Shown here piece after piece: positions 1 to 11,143 of a stretch of DNA of 24,000 nucleotides (position 1 is its first letter; each line of letters starts with the position of its first letter). Below the pieces are notes generated by a model. The model worked only from the letters and a program-made list of their open reading frames with translations, was not told where the DNA came from and ran no database searches. This DNA is from Desulfarculaceae bacterium (lineage in GTDB: Bacteria; Desulfobacterota; Desulfarculia; Desulfarculales; Desulfarculaceae). A program made the position numbers and the translations under genes. The stretch lies in NCBI GenBank assembly GCA_963675675.1, contig OY776512.1, forward strand, positions 6,031,966 through 6,055,965, given 5' to 3'.

Positions 1-1665
1 ATGAAAAGCGACGTTACAAAAAAAGGTCCCGCCCGTATACCCCATCGCTCACTTCTGCGCTGTGTAGGCCTGGACAGTGAGGACATGGGCAAACCGCTCA
101 TCGCGGTGGTGAACGGGTTCAACGAGATAATTCCCGGCCATGTGCACTTGCGCGAGATCACCCAGGAAGTAAAAAACGGGGTCTGGGCGGCCGGAGGCGT
201 GCCCCAGGAATTCCCCATGATCGGGGTCTGCGACGGAATAGTCATGGGCCATCACGGCATGCGCCATTCCCTGCCCAGCCGCGAGATGATCGCGGACAGC
301 ATAGAGCTTGTGACCCGGGCCCATGCCTTTGACGGCCTGGTCATGGTCACCAACTGCGACAAGATCGACCCGGCCTGCCTGATGGCCGCGGGACGTCTGG
401 ATATACCCGCCGTGATCGTATCCGGCGGGGCCATGCTGCCCGGCCACCGCAAGACCGGTGAATCCTTTGACCTGGCCGGAGCCTTTGAGGCCGTGGGCAA
501 GGTGACCAGCGGGGAAATGAGCGACGAAGACGCCATGTTCATAGAAAAGGAAGCCTGCCCCACCGCCGGTTCCTGCGCCGGCCTGTTCACGGCCAACTCC
601 ATGAACTGCATGATCGAGGCCTTGGGCATGGGCCTTCCCTATAACGGCACCATTCCGGCTCCCTTCCAACAGCGCAAAGCCATTGCCAAGGCCAGCGGCC
701 GGGCCGTGGTGAAGATGGTGGAAAAGGGCATAACTGCACGCCAGATTATGACCCGCCGGGCTTTTTTGAACGCCATCGCCGTGGATATGGCCATCGGCGG
801 TTCCACCAACACCCTGCTGCACCTTTTGGCCGCGGCCAAGAGCACCGGGGTTGGACTGGCCCTGGATGACTTCAATGAGTTGGGCAGCAAGGTGCCCAAC
901 CTGTGCCGCATCAGCCCCAGCGGACCGGACAAGATTGTTGACCTGCACCATGCGGGCGGCATCCCCGGCGTGATGCGCAGGCTGGCTGACGCGGGCTATC
1001 TGGATATGTCATGCCTCAGTGTGGCCGGTGGAACCATGGACCAGGCCGTAGGCCAGGCCGAGGTGACCAACAATGCAGTCATCCGCACCATCGAGAACGC
1101 CTATGCCGCGGAAGGCGGGCTGCGCATCCTGTACGGCAACCTGGCTCCCAAGGGTGCGGTGATTAAGGTGGCGGCCCTGCCTGCGGACTTCTCCGGCTTC
1201 AAGGGCCCGGCCCGGGTGTTTGAGTGCGAAGAGGACGCCGCGGATTATGTGTTTGAGGGCAAAGTGAAAGAGGGCGACGTCATGGTGATCCGCAACGAAG
1301 GCCCCAAGGGAGGTCCGGGCATGCGGGAAATGCTGGCCCTCACTTCCGCTCTGGCCGGCATGGGCCTGGGCGAAAAGGTGCTGCTGCTTACAGACGGCCG
1401 TTTCTCCGGAGCCAGCCGGGGTGCTTCCGTGGGCCACGTGGCTCCCGAAGCGGCTGCCGGCGGCCCCATCGCGGCGGTGCAGGATGGCGATGTAATCGAG
1501 CTGGACCTGGCAGGCCGCCAGCTTACGGTTGAACTGGACGAAGCCACCATAGCCCAGCGGGCCGCAGCCTACAAGGCGCCCGAAAAAGAGGGCCTGACCG
1601 GCTATTTGCGGCGCTACTCCCGTCTGGTGGGCGGCGCGGATGAGGGCGCGGTCTGGGAGGATTAA
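1..1665 (+). CDS. ilvD: Dihydroxy-acid dehydratase, 554 aa, apparently full length
   Basis: ORF track 1..1665. The N-terminus [24 protein letters not shown] and the internal stretches [27 protein letters not shown] and [24 protein letters not shown] are typical of the IlvD/Edd family, including its Cys-containing Fe-S region. The ATG is at position 1, so the RBS and promoter lie outside the window. Confidence 0.93.
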   Translation: MKSDVTKKGPARIPHRSLLRCVGLDSEDMGKPLIAVVNGFNEIIPGHVHLREITQEVKNGVWAAGGVPQEFPMIGVCDGIVMGHHGMRHSLPSREMIADSIELVTRAHAFDGLVMVTNCDKIDPACLMAAGRLDIPAVIVSGGAMLPGHRKTGESFDLAGAFEAVGKVTSGEMSDEDAMFIEKEACPTAGSCAGLFTANSMNCMIEALGMGLPYNGTIPAPFQQRKAIAKASGRAVVKMVEKGITARQIMTRRAFLNAIAVDMAIGGSTNTLLHLLAAAKSTGVGLALDDFNELGSKVPNLCRISPSGPDKIVDLHHAGGIPGVMRRLADAGYLDMSCLSVAGGTMDQAVGQAEVTNNAVIRTIENAYAAEGGLRILYGNLAPKGAVIKVAALPADFSGFKGPARVFECEEDAADYVFEGKVKEGDVMVIRNEGPKGGPGMREMLALTSALAGMGLGEKVLLLTDGRFSGASRGASVGHVAPEAAAGGPIAAVQDGDVIELDLAGRQLTVELDEATIAQRAAAYKAPEKEGLTGYLRRYSRLVGGADEGAVWED

Positions 1666-1760
1666 CCGGTGGTATATACCAGAATTCGTAGGATTTTTTT
1701 AAATATGCTTTGTGCTGCCGGGACCGGCTGAGACCCGGGCGGCGCTGTAAATTGCTTGAG

Positions 1761-1794
1761 AACCCCGGCGGGTGTTGCCTGCCGGGGTTATTTT
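1761..1794 (+). terminator. Intrinsic terminator candidate downstream of ilvD
   Basis: Perfect 9-bp stem AACCCCGGC (1761-1769) / GCCGGGGTT (1781-1789) with an 11-nt loop, followed by ATTTTG. It lies about 95 nt after the ilvD stop codon. Confidence 0.6.
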
Positions 1795-1830
1795 GCGCCT
1801 GCAAATACGCCAGGTTTTCCCAAGCTGTGC

Positions 1831-1860
1831 TTGCCTATCCTTCCGTCTTCCCTTCATAAT
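1831..1860 (+). promoter_or_regulatory. Possible sigma-70-type promoter for the hybrid kinase gene
   Basis: TTGCCT (1831-1836), an 18-bp spacer, then CATAAT (1855-1860), about 60 nt upstream of the ATG at 1922. Motif match only. Confidence 0.3.
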
Positions 1861-1921
1861 ATGGCAGAACCTCGTGAAGCTGTTGCTGGATGTCTGCCCT
1901 GAACCTCATGCGGGTGCTTAT

Positions 1922-4900
1922 ATGAATCATTATTTCAGAGTCTTTGCCAAGCTTTGCATGCTTGTGCTGGTTTTAGGCCTAATTGCCTTATGTCCTCACA
2001 CGGCCGTGGGCCGGCCGTTGAAAATCACCCTGCTGCAGCCCTATGACAGCCCCCTTTGGGAAAAAACCGTGTTTTTCACCCGTCAGGCCGCCCGTGATAT
2101 GGGGGCCGAGTTGGAGGTGTTTAACGCCCTGGGCGACAAGGACCGCATGCTGGCTCAGGCCGAAAAAGCCATGCAGGCAAAACCGGACGGACTCATATTC
2201 CCGGCCTACCGGCAAACCGGACAGGCTATTCTGCAGATCGCCGAAGCCGCAAAGGTTCCGGCCATCCTGATCAATTCAGGACTGCAGCCGAAGGATCTGC
2301 TGCCCCGCACCAAATACAACGGCTGGATTGGCAGTGTATTGCCTGACAATGAAAAGGCCGGGGCGGTTTTGGCGCGTCAGCTTGTGGTTGAAGCCAAAAG
2401 GCGTGGAGTGAGCAAAATCCGGCTGCTGGCCATAAATGGCGAGTTGTCCGACGAGTCGTCACAAGATCTGAGTAAAGGTCTGGCCAGATATTTGAAGTAT
2501 TTGCCCGGCCTGGACTCAACTGCCATGGTCAGCGCCGGACGGAGCCAGATGAAGGCCTACCGGGCCTTTTTGACCCATTATGAATCTCATCCTGATGTTA
2601 ACCTGGTCTGGTGCGCCAGCCTTGATATGGCTTTGGGGGTGGTCAAGGCCAAAGAAAAGCTGGGCATCAAAACCCCCCTGGTAATAGGCGGGGTGGGCTG
2701 GGATATTGATGTCCTGGAAGCTATCCAAGACGACCGCATGCAGGTAAGCGTGGGCGGGCGTTTTTTGAACGGAGCCTGGGCTCTGGTGCTGCTCTATGAT
2801 TATTTAAAGGGCCGGGATTTCGCCCAAGAGCAGCTATCCTTTGAATCCCCCGTGGTAGCGGTGTCACGCTCCAATCTGTCCCGCCTTGCCCCCCTGGCTT
2901 CTTTGGGTGAGAGCCCCATTGATTTCAGGGTGTTCTCCAAGGCCGCCAACCCGAAGCGCCTGCTCTATAATATGAATTTCCAAATGGTGGCAGCCCAGCT
3001 TGACCAACATGGCAAGGCCGTACTGCTGAATTCCGCAGAGCGCAACTGGCTGCGGGAGCATCCTGCCTTGATAGTGGGTAACGAGTCAGACTGGGCCCCG
3101 TTTGACTACCGGCAGCAGGGCGAACCAGCCGGGTATTCCATTGAGCTCATCAAGCTGATTGCCCAAAAAACGGGGTTCAAAATCAGGTTTGCCAGCGGGC
3201 TTTCCTGGGACCGGATCATGGAGCGGTTCAAAAACGGCAAGATCGATATACTGCCTGCTGTGGTGCGCAGCCAGTCCAGAAATCAGTTTATCTCATTTAC
3301 AACCCCCTACACCCAAATGCCTTTCACTCTGGTCGTCCGGGAGGGGGCCAGGGATATAAACAGCCTTGAGGACCTTAATGGCAAAACCATGGCGCTGATC
3401 AAGGGATATGCCCTGGAGCGCTTTTTGATAGACAAGCACCCGCAAATCAAAAGACTGTATGTGAAAGATATCCGGGAAGGTTTGAAGGCCGTTTCGTTCG
3501 GTAAGGCGGATGGATTCGCGGACGGTTATGCGGTGCTGCTGTACCATTTGCAGAAGGAGATGATAACCAATCTGAGGGTGGCCGGGGAGATAAGGCTGGA
3601 TGATTCGGAATCAATGCAGGTGCGCATGGGGGTTGCGAAAGACCAAACCATTTTGCGCGATATCCTGCAAAAGGGGCTGGATTCCATTTCCGCCAAGGAG
3701 CGCAATCAGTTTTTCGCCAAGTATGTTCCGGTGGATGCATACAGTATAAAAACCTTGCAGCTTACTCAGGCCGAAAAGGATTTTCTTAATAAAAACAAAA
3801 TATTCCGCATGGCGGTTGACCCAAACTGGCCCCCCTTGGAGTTTGTTGACGACAGCGGCGGCCCCGCCGGGGTGGCCACCGAGTTTCTGCGCTTGATAGC
3901 CAAAAGGCTGAAAGTGTCCTTTGAACCTGTAACAGCCCGGAATATGGGCCATATACTCAGTTTGGCCCAGGCCGGCAAGCTTGATGTCATCCCCACCATT
4001 ATGCCCAGGCCCGAGTTCAAAAAACACCTGTTGTTCTCTAAGCCGCATACGGTTTTGCCGCTGGTCATCATTAATCGGAAAGATGATCTTTACCTTCGTG
4101 ATTTAGGCAATCTGCAGGGCAAAAAGGTGGTTTTGGCAAGGGGGCATGGGGCCGGTTTTCTGCTGAAAAAACAGCTTCCCAATCAAGAATTCATCTATGT
4201 AGACACCCTGGAGCAAGCCCTGAAAGCCGTTTCCGCGGGTGAGGCTGACGCCACCGTGGATGCTCTGGCCCCATTCAGTTACCTGAGCACCAAGCTGGGC
4301 CTGGACAACCTCAAAGTGGCCGCCACTTCCACCGCCAAGCTGGAGTTGTGTTTTGCGGTAAAAAAAGATCTGACCCAGCTGGCGTCAATCCTGGATAAAT
4401 CCTTGAAGCTGATCAGCCCGGAAGAACAGGCCCTGATCATGGATAAATGGATCAATCTGCCGGTTAAACGCCAGGTTGACTGGGAATCCATCTGGCAGGC
4501 CGGCCTGGCTGTATTCGGGGCAATTGCGCTTTTGATAATCGTGATCATCAGATGGAACCGGCGTTTGGCCAGCGAGGTCAACGAGCGCAAGCGTACTGAA
4601 AATGAGCTTCGTGATTCCCGGCGAAACTTCCGCATCATTGCGGACTACACCTATGACTGGGAAGCCTGGTTCGATGCGGAGGGCAAACTTCTGTGGGTCA
4701 ATCCCGCGGTGGAACGGGTTACGGGCTACACGGTTGAAGAAAGCATGGATATGCCCCAATACCCCAAACCCATTGTGGATGAGCGGGACATTCCGGTACT
4801 TGAAAGCACCATGGAAAAAGCCCTGGCCGCCAAGTCCGGCAGTGATGTGTCCTTCAGGATACGGCGCAAGGACGGCAGGATTTTGTGGATAGTAATTTCC

Positions 4901-7900
4901 TGGAACCCGGTGTTTGACAGTGAGCACCGCTTTACAGGCTTCCGCACCAGCGCCCGGGATTTCACGGAGCGCAAACTGGCTGAGAATGCCTTGAAGGAAA
5001 GCGAAGCCAAGCACCGCACCATTTTCGAAAATTCGCCTGTGGGCATGATCTTCTTTGATGAAAATGGAATCATAACCGATTGCAACGAACGCCTTCTGGA
5101 ACTCATGGATTCCAGCCGCGATAAGATGATCGGCTTCAACGGCCCCGAAAGGCTTACTGACCCTATCGCACGGGAATCATTAATGAAAGCTCTGGGCGGG
5201 ATAAGATCGGAATATGAGGGCGAGTATCAGGCGGTCACCAACGGCAGAGTGCTGTATCTGCATATCATCGACAATCCGATCACCCCGGGCCATAGCCCCA
5301 GCCGGGTGATTGCCACGGTGGAAGACATAACCGAACGCAAGCGGGTTGAGCTTGAGATAAAAGAATCCCAGCGCCGCATGAGCCAGATTATCGACTTTTT
5401 ACCCGATGCAACTTTTGTAGTAGATGAATCCGGCCAAGTGGTGGCCTGGAACAAATCCATGGAAGACTTAAGCGGCATTCCGGCCTCGGAAATGCTGGGT
5501 AAAGGCGATCGCAGCTATGCAGTGCCTTTTTATGGCGAGAAACGCCCCGCCCTGATTGATCTGGTGGATAAGTGGGATGATGAGGTTGCGGCCGAATACA
5601 TAAGTGTGAGCAAGAGGGAGGAAGGCATGCTGGTCAGCGAATCCTTCCATCCCCATTTGAAAGAAGGCGGCATATATCTGGCCGCCGCCGCCCGGCAGCT
5701 TTTTGATATCAACGGCAATCCGGCGGGGGCCATCGAATCCATCAGGAATATCACCGAGCGCAAACGGGCGGAAGAGGCCTTGAAAGAGAGCGAACTGCAT
5801 CTGGCCAATATCCTGGAGACCGCCCCTGCGGTGATTTTTTTAAAAGACCTGGAAGGCCGCTATACCAAAGTCAACTTGGCTTGGGAGCAAACCACGGGCA
5901 AAAAGCGGGAAGAGTCGCTAGGTAAAGATGATATTGCCCTGTTTGGGCCTGAAATCGCCAAGGAACTGACCGCGAGCGACCACAGGGTAATAGAAAACGG
6001 CGAGCCGCTCAGGGTGGAGGAGGAACTGATCATAAAGGGCGAGCAGAGCTTTTTCTGGTCAACCAAATTTCCCCTTCGGGATATCAACGGCAAAATATAC
6101 TCACTGGGGGGCTGGTCTACAGACATTACCGCGCTTAAAAAAATGGAAGCGGCCTTAAAGGAAAGCGAGGAGTATTTCCGGGCTGTATTTGAAAACGCCG
6201 GGGTGGGCATTGTAAGCATGGATGGCGAAGGCCGCATCATGCAGGCCAATGAACAGTTTATGGATTTTCTGGGCTACAGCTGGGAAGAGCTGCAAGGCCG
6301 TTGCGCCGCCGAAATCATCCACCCGGATTATGTGGACAAATCGGCGGAGTTCATGCAGCAGCTGGTCAACGGTGAGCTCCAGCGCTACCAGCTGGAAAAC
6401 CGCTACGTGCGCAAAGACGGCGAGTGGCGCTGGGGGGACATGCGTTCGGCTGTGATCCGCAACGCCCAGAACGAGTATGTGGCCACCATATCCGCAGTGA
6501 GCGACATCACCAACCGCAAGCGGGCCGAAAACGAGCAAGCCCGCCGGCTCAGGCAGGAAAAGGCCATGGCCGCCATCTCCCAAGCCCTTTTATCTTCAGA
6601 TACCGGAGCTGAGATACTGGAAGGGGCATTGCAGCAGCTTGTCTCGGCCGCCCAGGTGGACCGGGTGTATGTATATGAAAACGCGCAAGAGCCCGGCGAA
6701 ACGTTGCAAATGCGCCTGATTTTCGAGGCCTGTTCGCCGGGCGTGGATTCCTGCGCCCCCACCGAAGCGCAGCAGATCAGGCCCTACGCCCCCGGCTTTT
6801 TGCGCTGGCAAACCGAGCTTGCCGCCGGACGGCCCATCATGGGCGCTTTGGACACCCTGCCCGAGGCCGAGCGTGCGCTGCTGGAAGGCAGCGATGCACA
6901 GTCCATATTGATACTGCCGCTCACCGTGCAGGGTGAATGGTATGGTTATGTGGGTTTTGACGACACCTATCTCAGGCGGGACTGGTCTTCTTCGGAGGTC
7001 ACCTTGCTTAGCACCACCGCGGAGATAATAGGGGCGTTTTTGGCTCGGCGCCAGGCTGAACAGGAGATCAACCGGGCCCGGGAGGCGGCGGAAATGGCCA
7101 CCAAGGCCAAGAGTGATTTCCTGGCCAACATGAGCCACGAAATCCGCACTCCCATGAATGCCATTATCGGCATGTCCCACCTGACCCTGCAGACCGAACT
7201 GGACCGCAAGCAGGAAGAATATCTTAACAGAATACAGTCCTCTGCCCATGCCCTACTGGGCATCATCAACGATATCCTGGACTTCAGCAAGATTGAGGCC
7301 GGCAAACTGAACATGGAGCATATCGGGTTTGTCCTGGATGAGGTCCTGGACAATGTCTCCAGCCTGATCAGCATTAAGGCCCAGGAAAAGGGACTGGAGC
7401 TTTTGTTCAACACCGGGCGGGATGTGCCTCCGAACTTGGTGGGCGATCCCTTGCGCCTGGGTCAGGTGTTGATCAATTTGTGCAACAATGCCGTCAAGTT
7501 CACCGAAGCAGGAGAAATAGTGATCACCACCCAGCTGGTGGAAGAGGATCAGGACGGCATTAATCTGCGCTTTTCAGTGCGCGATACGGGCATCGGCATG
7601 ACCCCTGAACAGATATCAGGCCTTTTTCAGGCCTTCAGCCAGGCTGACACATCAACCACTCGCAAATACGGGGGCACCGGTCTGGGACTCACCATCTGCA
7701 AACGCCTGGTGAATATGATGCAAGGTGAAATATGGGTGGAGAGCGAGGCCGGCGGGGGCAGCGAGTTCCAGTTCACCGCGCGATTCGGGCGCAGCCTGGA
7801 GAAAACCGAACCACGATATATGCCCACGGCGGATTTGGTCGGACAAAAGGTGCTGGTGGTGGATGACAATGTAACCAGCCGGGAAATTTTACAAAACCTA

Positions 7901-9331
7901 CTGGAAGTGATGCGGTTCGAGGTGGTGCAGGCCGCCTCGGGCATGGAGGGTATCTCGGAGGTGGAACTGGCCGACCGGACCCCGGAGCCCTTCAGCCTGG
8001 TGCTTATGGACTGGAAGATGCCCGGCATGGACGGCATCAAGGCAAGTCAAATTATCAAATCCAATCATCGGCTCAAAAAGCAGCCCAAGATTGTCATGAT
8101 CACGGCCTATGGCCGCGAGGAGGTGATCAACCAAGCCCAGGCTGCGGGTCTGGATGGATTTTTGCTGAAGCCGGTCAGTGCGTCGCTGCTCTTTGACACC
8201 ATCATGACTGCGTTCGGCAAAGATGCGCCGCGAAAACCCCGGCAGCCCAAGCAGTCTGAGGCTGCCTCGGTGCACAGCATACTGCAGGGCGCCCGCTTGC
8301 TGGTGGTGGAGGATAACGAAATAAACCAGCAGGTGGCCCAGGAAATATTGCAGTCCGAAGGCTGCCGGGTGGATATCGCCCAAAACGGCCAGGAAGCGGT
8401 GCGCATGGTGAGCCAAAAAACCTATGATGCGGTGCTGATGGATTTGCAGATGCCGGTGATGGACGGCTACACCGCCACCGGTGAAATTAGACGGGATGAG
8501 CGTTTTAGGGACCTGCCTGTCATAGCCATGACCGCCAACGCCATGGCCGGTGACCGGGAAAAGAGCCTGGCCGCGGGCATGAACGACCATGTGTCCAAAC
8601 CCATAGACGTTGAGGAGCTTTTCCGCACCCTGGCCAAATGGATGCGCAAAGATGCTGAAGGCCCGGTGGAGCCCGCCGGTTCCGCTTCTGAGGATTCAAC
8701 CCAAAAACCGGCGCAAACCCTTGAACTGGCCGGGATCAACACCCAGGACGGCCTTAAACGCCTGGGAGGCAACCTTGGCCTGTACCACAGCCTGCTTTTC
8801 AAGTTTCTGGAGAGCCAGGCCAAGGCCGGGCAGCAGATCAAAGAGGCCCTGAAAAGACAGGATATGGTATTGGCCGAACGCCTGGCTCATACCATACAGG
8901 GAGTGGCGGGCAACATAGGGGCCGAAGACCTGCAAGCCGCTGCCGCAGATCTGGACAGGGACCTGAAAGCCGGGGGCGCTCAAGTGAGCCAGGCCGTTTT
9001 GACCCGGTTCAAACAAGAGCTGGAAACCGTGCTGAAAGCCATCAAGGGGCTTAAGGAAACCGAACAGGGTCCGGCCGCCCGGGCCGATGCGGCCCCCCAG
9101 GACCCGGAGCTGTTGAAGCCTTTATTCCGCCGTTTGGCCGCTCTTCTGGCCGATGATGACCTGGACGCCCAGGACGTGCTGGATGAACTGAAGGCCAAGC
9201 TGGGCTCCGGTCCGGCTGTATTGGGGTTGGACCCCATAGAACACAGCCTCAGTGCCTATGATTTCGACAGGGCCCAGGAAAGGTTGCGGGCTCTGGCCGC
9301 TGAAATAGGGCTGGATCTGGAAGCGGAATAG
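1922..9331 (+). CDS. Multi-sensor hybrid histidine kinase, about 2469 aa. Architecture: signal/anchor, PBP1-type binding domain, 2x PBP2 (SBP_bac_3-like) binding domains, TM helix, 5x PAS, GAF, HisKA, HATPase_c, 2x REC, Hpt
   Basis: The ORF track gives 1772..9331. Its first 50 codons begin at a GTG inside the ilvD terminator hairpin, so I call the ATG at 1922 ([24 protein letters not shown], a hydrophobic anchor).
Approximate domain coordinates read from the translation:
- Sugar-binding-like PBP1: 2012-2830.
- Amino-acid-type binding domain 1: 3064-3725 ([14 protein letters not shown]).
- Amino-acid-type binding domain 2: 3803-4455 ([14 protein letters not shown]).
- TM helix: 4498-4554.
- PAS array: about 4600-6530, with recurring [12 protein letters not shown] linkers.
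- GAF: about 6610-7060.
- H-box NMSHEIRTP: His codon 7136-7138.
- ATPase N/G boxes: 7430-7790.
- Receiver Asp codons: 8009-8011 ([11 protein letters not shown]) and 8441-8443 ([11 protein letters not shown]).
- Hpt His codon: 8888-8890 ([13 protein letters not shown]). Confidence 0.9.
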   Translation: MNHYFRVFAKLCMLVLVLGLIALCPHTAVGRPLKITLLQPYDSPLWEKTVFFTRQAARDMGAELEVFNALGDKDRMLAQAEKAMQAKPDGLIFPAYRQTGQAILQIAEAAKVPAILINSGLQPKDLLPRTKYNGWIGSVLPDNEKAGAVLARQLVVEAKRRGVSKIRLLAINGELSDESSQDLSKGLARYLKYLPGLDSTAMVSAGRSQMKAYRAFLTHYESHPDVNLVWCASLDMALGVVKAKEKLGIKTPLVIGGVGWDIDVLEAIQDDRMQVSVGGRFLNGAWALVLLYDYLKGRDFAQEQLSFESPVVAVSRSNLSRLAPLASLGESPIDFRVFSKAANPKRLLYNMNFQMVAAQLDQHGKAVLLNSAERNWLREHPALIVGNESDWAPFDYRQQGEPAGYSIELIKLIAQKTGFKIRFASGLSWDRIMERFKNGKIDILPAVVRSQSRNQFISFTTPYTQMPFTLVVREGARDINSLEDLNGKTMALIKGYALERFLIDKHPQIKRLYVKDIREGLKAVSFGKADGFADGYAVLLYHLQKEMITNLRVAGEIRLDDSESMQVRMGVAKDQTILRDILQKGLDSISAKERNQFFAKYVPVDAYSIKTLQLTQAEKDFLNKNKIFRMAVDPNWPPLEFVDDSGGPAGVATEFLRLIAKRLKVSFEPVTARNMGHILSLAQAGKLDVIPTIMPRPEFKKHLLFSKPHTVLPLVIINRKDDLYLRDLGNLQGKKVVLARGHGAGFLLKKQLPNQEFIYVDTLEQALKAVSAGEADATVDALAPFSYLSTKLGLDNLKVAATSTAKLELCFAVKKDLTQLASILDKSLKLISPEEQALIMDKWINLPVKRQVDWESIWQAGLAVFGAIALLIIVIIRWNRRLASEVNERKRTENELRDSRRNFRIIADYTYDWEAWFDAEGKLLWVNPAVERVTGYTVEESMDMPQYPKPIVDERDIPVLESTMEKALAAKSGSDVSFRIRRKDGRILWIVISWNPVFDSEHRFTGFRTSARDFTERKLAENALKESEAKHRTIFENSPVGMIFFDENGIITDCNERLLELMDSSRDKMIGFNGPERLTDPIARESLMKALGGIRSEYEGEYQAVTNGRVLYLHIIDNPITPGHSPSRVIATVEDITERKRVELEIKESQRRMSQIIDFLPDATFVVDESGQVVAWNKSMEDLSGIPASEMLGKGDRSYAVPFYGEKRPALIDLVDKWDDEVAAEYISVSKREEGMLVSESFHPHLKEGGIYLAAAARQLFDINGNPAGAIESIRNITERKRAEEALKESELHLANILETAPAVIFLKDLEGRYTKVNLAWEQTTGKKREESLGKDDIALFGPEIAKELTASDHRVIENGEPLRVEEELIIKGEQSFFWSTKFPLRDINGKIYSLGGWSTDITALKKMEAALKESEEYFRAVFENAGVGIVSMDGEGRIMQANEQFMDFLGYSWEELQGRCAAEIIHPDYVDKSAEFMQQLVNGELQRYQLENRYVRKDGEWRWGDMRSAVIRNAQNEYVATISAVSDITNRKRAENEQARRLRQEKAMAAISQALLSSDTGAEILEGALQQLVSAAQVDRVYVYENAQEPGETLQMRLIFEACSPGVDSCAPTEAQQIRPYAPGFLRWQTELAAGRPIMGALDTLPEAERALLEGSDAQSILILPLTVQGEWYGYVGFDDTYLRRDWSSSEVTLLSTTAEIIGAFLARRQAEQEINRAREAAEMATKAKSDFLANMSHEIRTPMNAIIGMSHLTLQTELDRKQEEYLNRIQSSAHALLGIINDILDFSKIEAGKLNMEHIGFVLDEVLDNVSSLISIKAQEKGLELLFNTGRDVPPNLVGDPLRLGQVLINLCNNAVKFTEAGEIVITTQLVEEDQDGINLRFSVRDTGIGMTPEQISGLFQAFSQADTSTTRKYGGTGLGLTICKRLVNMMQGEIWVESEAGGGSEFQFTARFGRSLEKTEPRYMPTADLVGQKVLVVDDNVTSREILQNLLEVMRFEVVQAASGMEGISEVELADRTPEPFSLVLMDWKMPGMDGIKASQIIKSNHRLKKQPKIVMITAYGREEVINQAQAAGLDGFLLKPVSASLLFDTIMTAFGKDAPRKPRQPKQSEAASVHSILQGARLLVVEDNEINQQVAQEILQSEGCRVDIAQNGQEAVRMVSQKTYDAVLMDLQMPVMDGYTATGEIRRDERFRDLPVIAMTANAMAGDREKSLAAGMNDHVSKPIDVEELFRTLAKWMRKDAEGPVEPAGSASEDSTQKPAQTLELAGINTQDGLKRLGGNLGLYHSLLFKFLESQAKAGQQIKEALKRQDMVLAERLAHTIQGVAGNIGAEDLQAAAADLDRDLKAGGAQVSQAVLTRFKQELETVLKAIKGLKETEQGPAARADAAPQDPELLKPLFRRLAALLADDDLDAQDVLDELKAKLGSGPAVLGLDPIEHSLSAYDFDRAQERLRALAAEIGLDLEAE

Positions 9332-9336
9332 CCCCT

Positions 9337-9810
9337 TCAGGCCAAACCGTTGGTTGGGTCTCCCTCTTGCAGCATGCGGGCGAGCAGCCCCCGCTCCGCT
9401 TCATTGGGCAGAACCCCGCTGAATGTGCCCTCCATGACTTTGACGCCGTCCTGGTTGTGCATCCAGGCCGCGGCTTTTGCCCTCAAACGGTCATCAACCT
9501 CAAGTATTTCTATGCGGCAGGTTATGGAGTCCCCCGGGTAGACCGGTTTCAGGAATTTGAAATCCATGCCCGAGGCCAGCCAGGCCACCTGGCCGCCAAA
9601 ACGGCTGACCATGCTGGCTATCAAGAGCCCATGGCAAATGAGCCCGTCCATGCCTTTTTGAGCGGTGAAGCGGGGGTCGTAGTGCACCGGGTTGTAATCC
9701 CCGGTGACCCTGCCAAAGGCTTCCATGTCCTCTTGGCTGAAAGTGCGGGTCTCAAGCGATACGTCACCGGCCTTTATTCCCCTGACCGCACGTTGCCGCC
9801 ATTGATTCAT
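9337..9810 (-). CDS. MaoC-like (R)-specific enoyl-CoA hydratase / hot-dog fold dehydratase, 157 aa
   Basis: The ORF track gives 9337..10194. The homologous part starts at the ATG at 9810 (MNQWRQRAVRGIKAGD), preceded by GGAG. The hydratase-2 motif GRVTGDYNPVHYDPRF is present. The upstream 128 codons of the ORF run across the hgcA promoter region and look non-coding. Confidence 0.85.
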   Translation of the reverse strand: MNQWRQRAVRGIKAGDVSLETRTFSQEDMEAFGRVTGDYNPVHYDPRFTAQKGMDGLICHGLLIASMVSRFGGQVAWLASGMDFKFLKPVYPGDSITCRIEILEVDDRLRAKAAAWMHNQDGVKVMEGTFSGVLPNEAERGLLARMLQEGDPTNGLA

Positions 9811-9927
9811 GCAAGGCTCCTTATTTGATGCTGACCATGGAAAATCCAAAATAAATAAAAGCCCGCCAAAGTGCAAGCTTACCGGACCAGGGCAGAGTTT
9901 CGCACAATAAAAAGCATACCTCTTTCC

Positions 9928-9968
9928 TTGACAATCCGTGAATCTGACTTTATCGTAAAAAGACGATA
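9928..9968 (+). promoter_or_regulatory. Candidate hgcAB promoter with an overlapping inverted repeat (possible operator)
   Basis: TTGACA (9928-9933), a 17-bp spacer, then TATCGT (9951-9956). The -10 hexamer is the left arm of the inverted repeat TATCGT-aaaaag-ACGATA (9951-9968). The site lies about 50 nt upstream of the hgcA ATG. Confidence 0.4.
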
Positions 9969-10015
9969 TAGGCCAGGGTGCCGGTGCGCCCGCAGCCAGT
10001 TTGGAGACAGTTAAC

Positions 10016-11131
10016 ATGGAAATAGACCTTGCGCCGGTTCCGGAATACCAAACCGGTTTTACGGCCATGGACGATCTGACCGCTCCGCCGCCGCAGCAAT
10101 ATGAAATTCCAAGCCATGAGCAGGCTTTTGTGCACGGCGCCTGCGAATCGGTCATAGGCAGAATACCCAGGGTGAACTCCCATCTGCGGGCCAAGGATTA
10201 TTGGGGAGCCATCAAGGTGCGCTGCGGTTTCGGACGCTCGGACTACAAGGTGGAGCCGGGACTGTATGCCCTCAATAATCCGGCCCCGGACAGCGAGGTG
10301 CTCATCTCGGCGAATTACAAGCTCAGCTTTGACAGCCTGCGCAGCAAGCTCAAGGGGCGTGACCTCTGGATTTTGGTGCTGGACACCGCCGGCGTAAATG
10401 TTTGGTGCGCGGCGGGCAAGCAGACCATGGGTTCGGATAATCTGGTCGAAACCATAAAAAGCAGCGGGCTGGCCAAGGTGGTGAACCACCGCCGTTTGAT
10501 AGCGCCTCAGCTGGCCGGACCCGGCATCTCGGCTTTTAAGGTGAAGAAAGCCTCGGGATTCGAGGTGCTGTGGGGGCCGATCCTGGCCGGGGATCTGCCG
10601 GCCTATTTGGAAAACGGGCGCAAGGCCACCCCAGAAATGCGCGAGAGGGGTTTTCCCCTTTTGGACCGTGCGGTCTTGGTGCCAAATGAAATAAAGGCTA
10701 TGATCAAGCTCGCGGTCTCGTGCCTGCCGGTGTTTCAAATCATGGGGGTTGTCACCACTGCCGGGCCCTGGGTGCAGGGCTTGGAGCGCGGGACCTTGGG
10801 GCTTTTGTGGACCCTGGGCGGCGGAATGGCGGGCGGGGCCTTGGGGCCGCTTTTGCTCCCCTGGCTGCCGGGCCGGGCCTTTGCCTTAAAAGCGCTGGGG
10901 CCCGCAGTGGTGTTTGGTTTGTTCATCCTGGCCGTGCACGGCTTCGCCGATCCGAGCGGCTGGGGCCTGGTGCTCTTGAGCGGGGCCTATGGCTCATTCA
11001 TGCTGATGAATTTTACCGGCTCGTCCACTTATACTTCGCTTTCCGGAGTCAAGCGCGAGATGCGTCTGGCCGTGCCCCTGCAGGCGGGATCAGCCGCGCT
11101 GGGCGCGCTTCTGTGGCTGTTTGGGGGTTGA
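10016..11131 (+). CDS. hgcA: Mercury methylation corrinoid protein HgcA, 371 aa
   Basis: - Cap-helix signature NVWCAAGK at nt 10397-10420 (Cys codon 10406-10408).
- That signature lies within ...GLYALNNPAPDSEVLISANYKLSFDSLRSKLKGRDLWILVLDTAGVNVWCAAGKQT..., a corrinoid-binding-domain-like region.
- The C-terminal ~150 aa is a Gly/Ala/Leu-rich multi-helix membrane domain.
- Start chosen at ATG 10016, with GGAG at 10003-10006, rather than the TTG at 10001 used by the ORF track. Confidence 0.9.
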   Translation: MEIDLAPVPEYQTGFTAMDDLTAPPPQQYEIPSHEQAFVHGACESVIGRIPRVNSHLRAKDYWGAIKVRCGFGRSDYKVEPGLYALNNPAPDSEVLISANYKLSFDSLRSKLKGRDLWILVLDTAGVNVWCAAGKQTMGSDNLVETIKSSGLAKVVNHRRLIAPQLAGPGISAFKVKKASGFEVLWGPILAGDLPAYLENGRKATPEMRERGFPLLDRAVLVPNEIKAMIKLAVSCLPVFQIMGVVTTAGPWVQGLERGTLGLLWTLGGGMAGGALGPLLLPWLPGRAFALKALGPAVVFGLFILAVHGFADPSGWGLVLLSGAYGSFMLMNFTGSSTYTSLSGVKREMRLAVPLQAGSAALGALLWLFGG

Positions 11132-11143
11132 AAGGGATAAGAT

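Noticed and set aside
49-951. A 300-aa ORF antisense to ilvD. Similar long antisense ORFs lie opposite the TAXI gene (19018..19839) and gnd (20766..21788).
   Set aside because: Their Gly/His/Ala/Arg/Pro-rich composition is typical of the reverse frame of GC-rich genes. The opposite strand has clear family matches in each case.
1772-1921. A 50-codon N-terminal extension of the kinase ORF as listed in the ORF track
   Set aside because: It begins at a GTG inside the ilvD terminator hairpin and encodes no recognisable domain. The ATG at 1922 immediately precedes a hydrophobic anchor.
9331-9337. Convergent stop codons of the kinase and the MaoC-like gene, only 5 bp apart with no terminator between them
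   Set aside because: This is compact convergent gene packing and is unremarkable by itself.
9934-10015. Possible cobalamin riboswitch ahead of the corrinoid protein gene hgcA
   Set aside because: The predicted leader is only about 50 nt and I saw no B12-box-like element.
9811-10194. A 128-codon N-terminal extension of the MaoC-like ORF
   Set aside because: It runs through the hgcA promoter and into hgcA on the opposite strand. The ATG at 9810 has a GGAG SD and gives a normal-length hot-dog protein.
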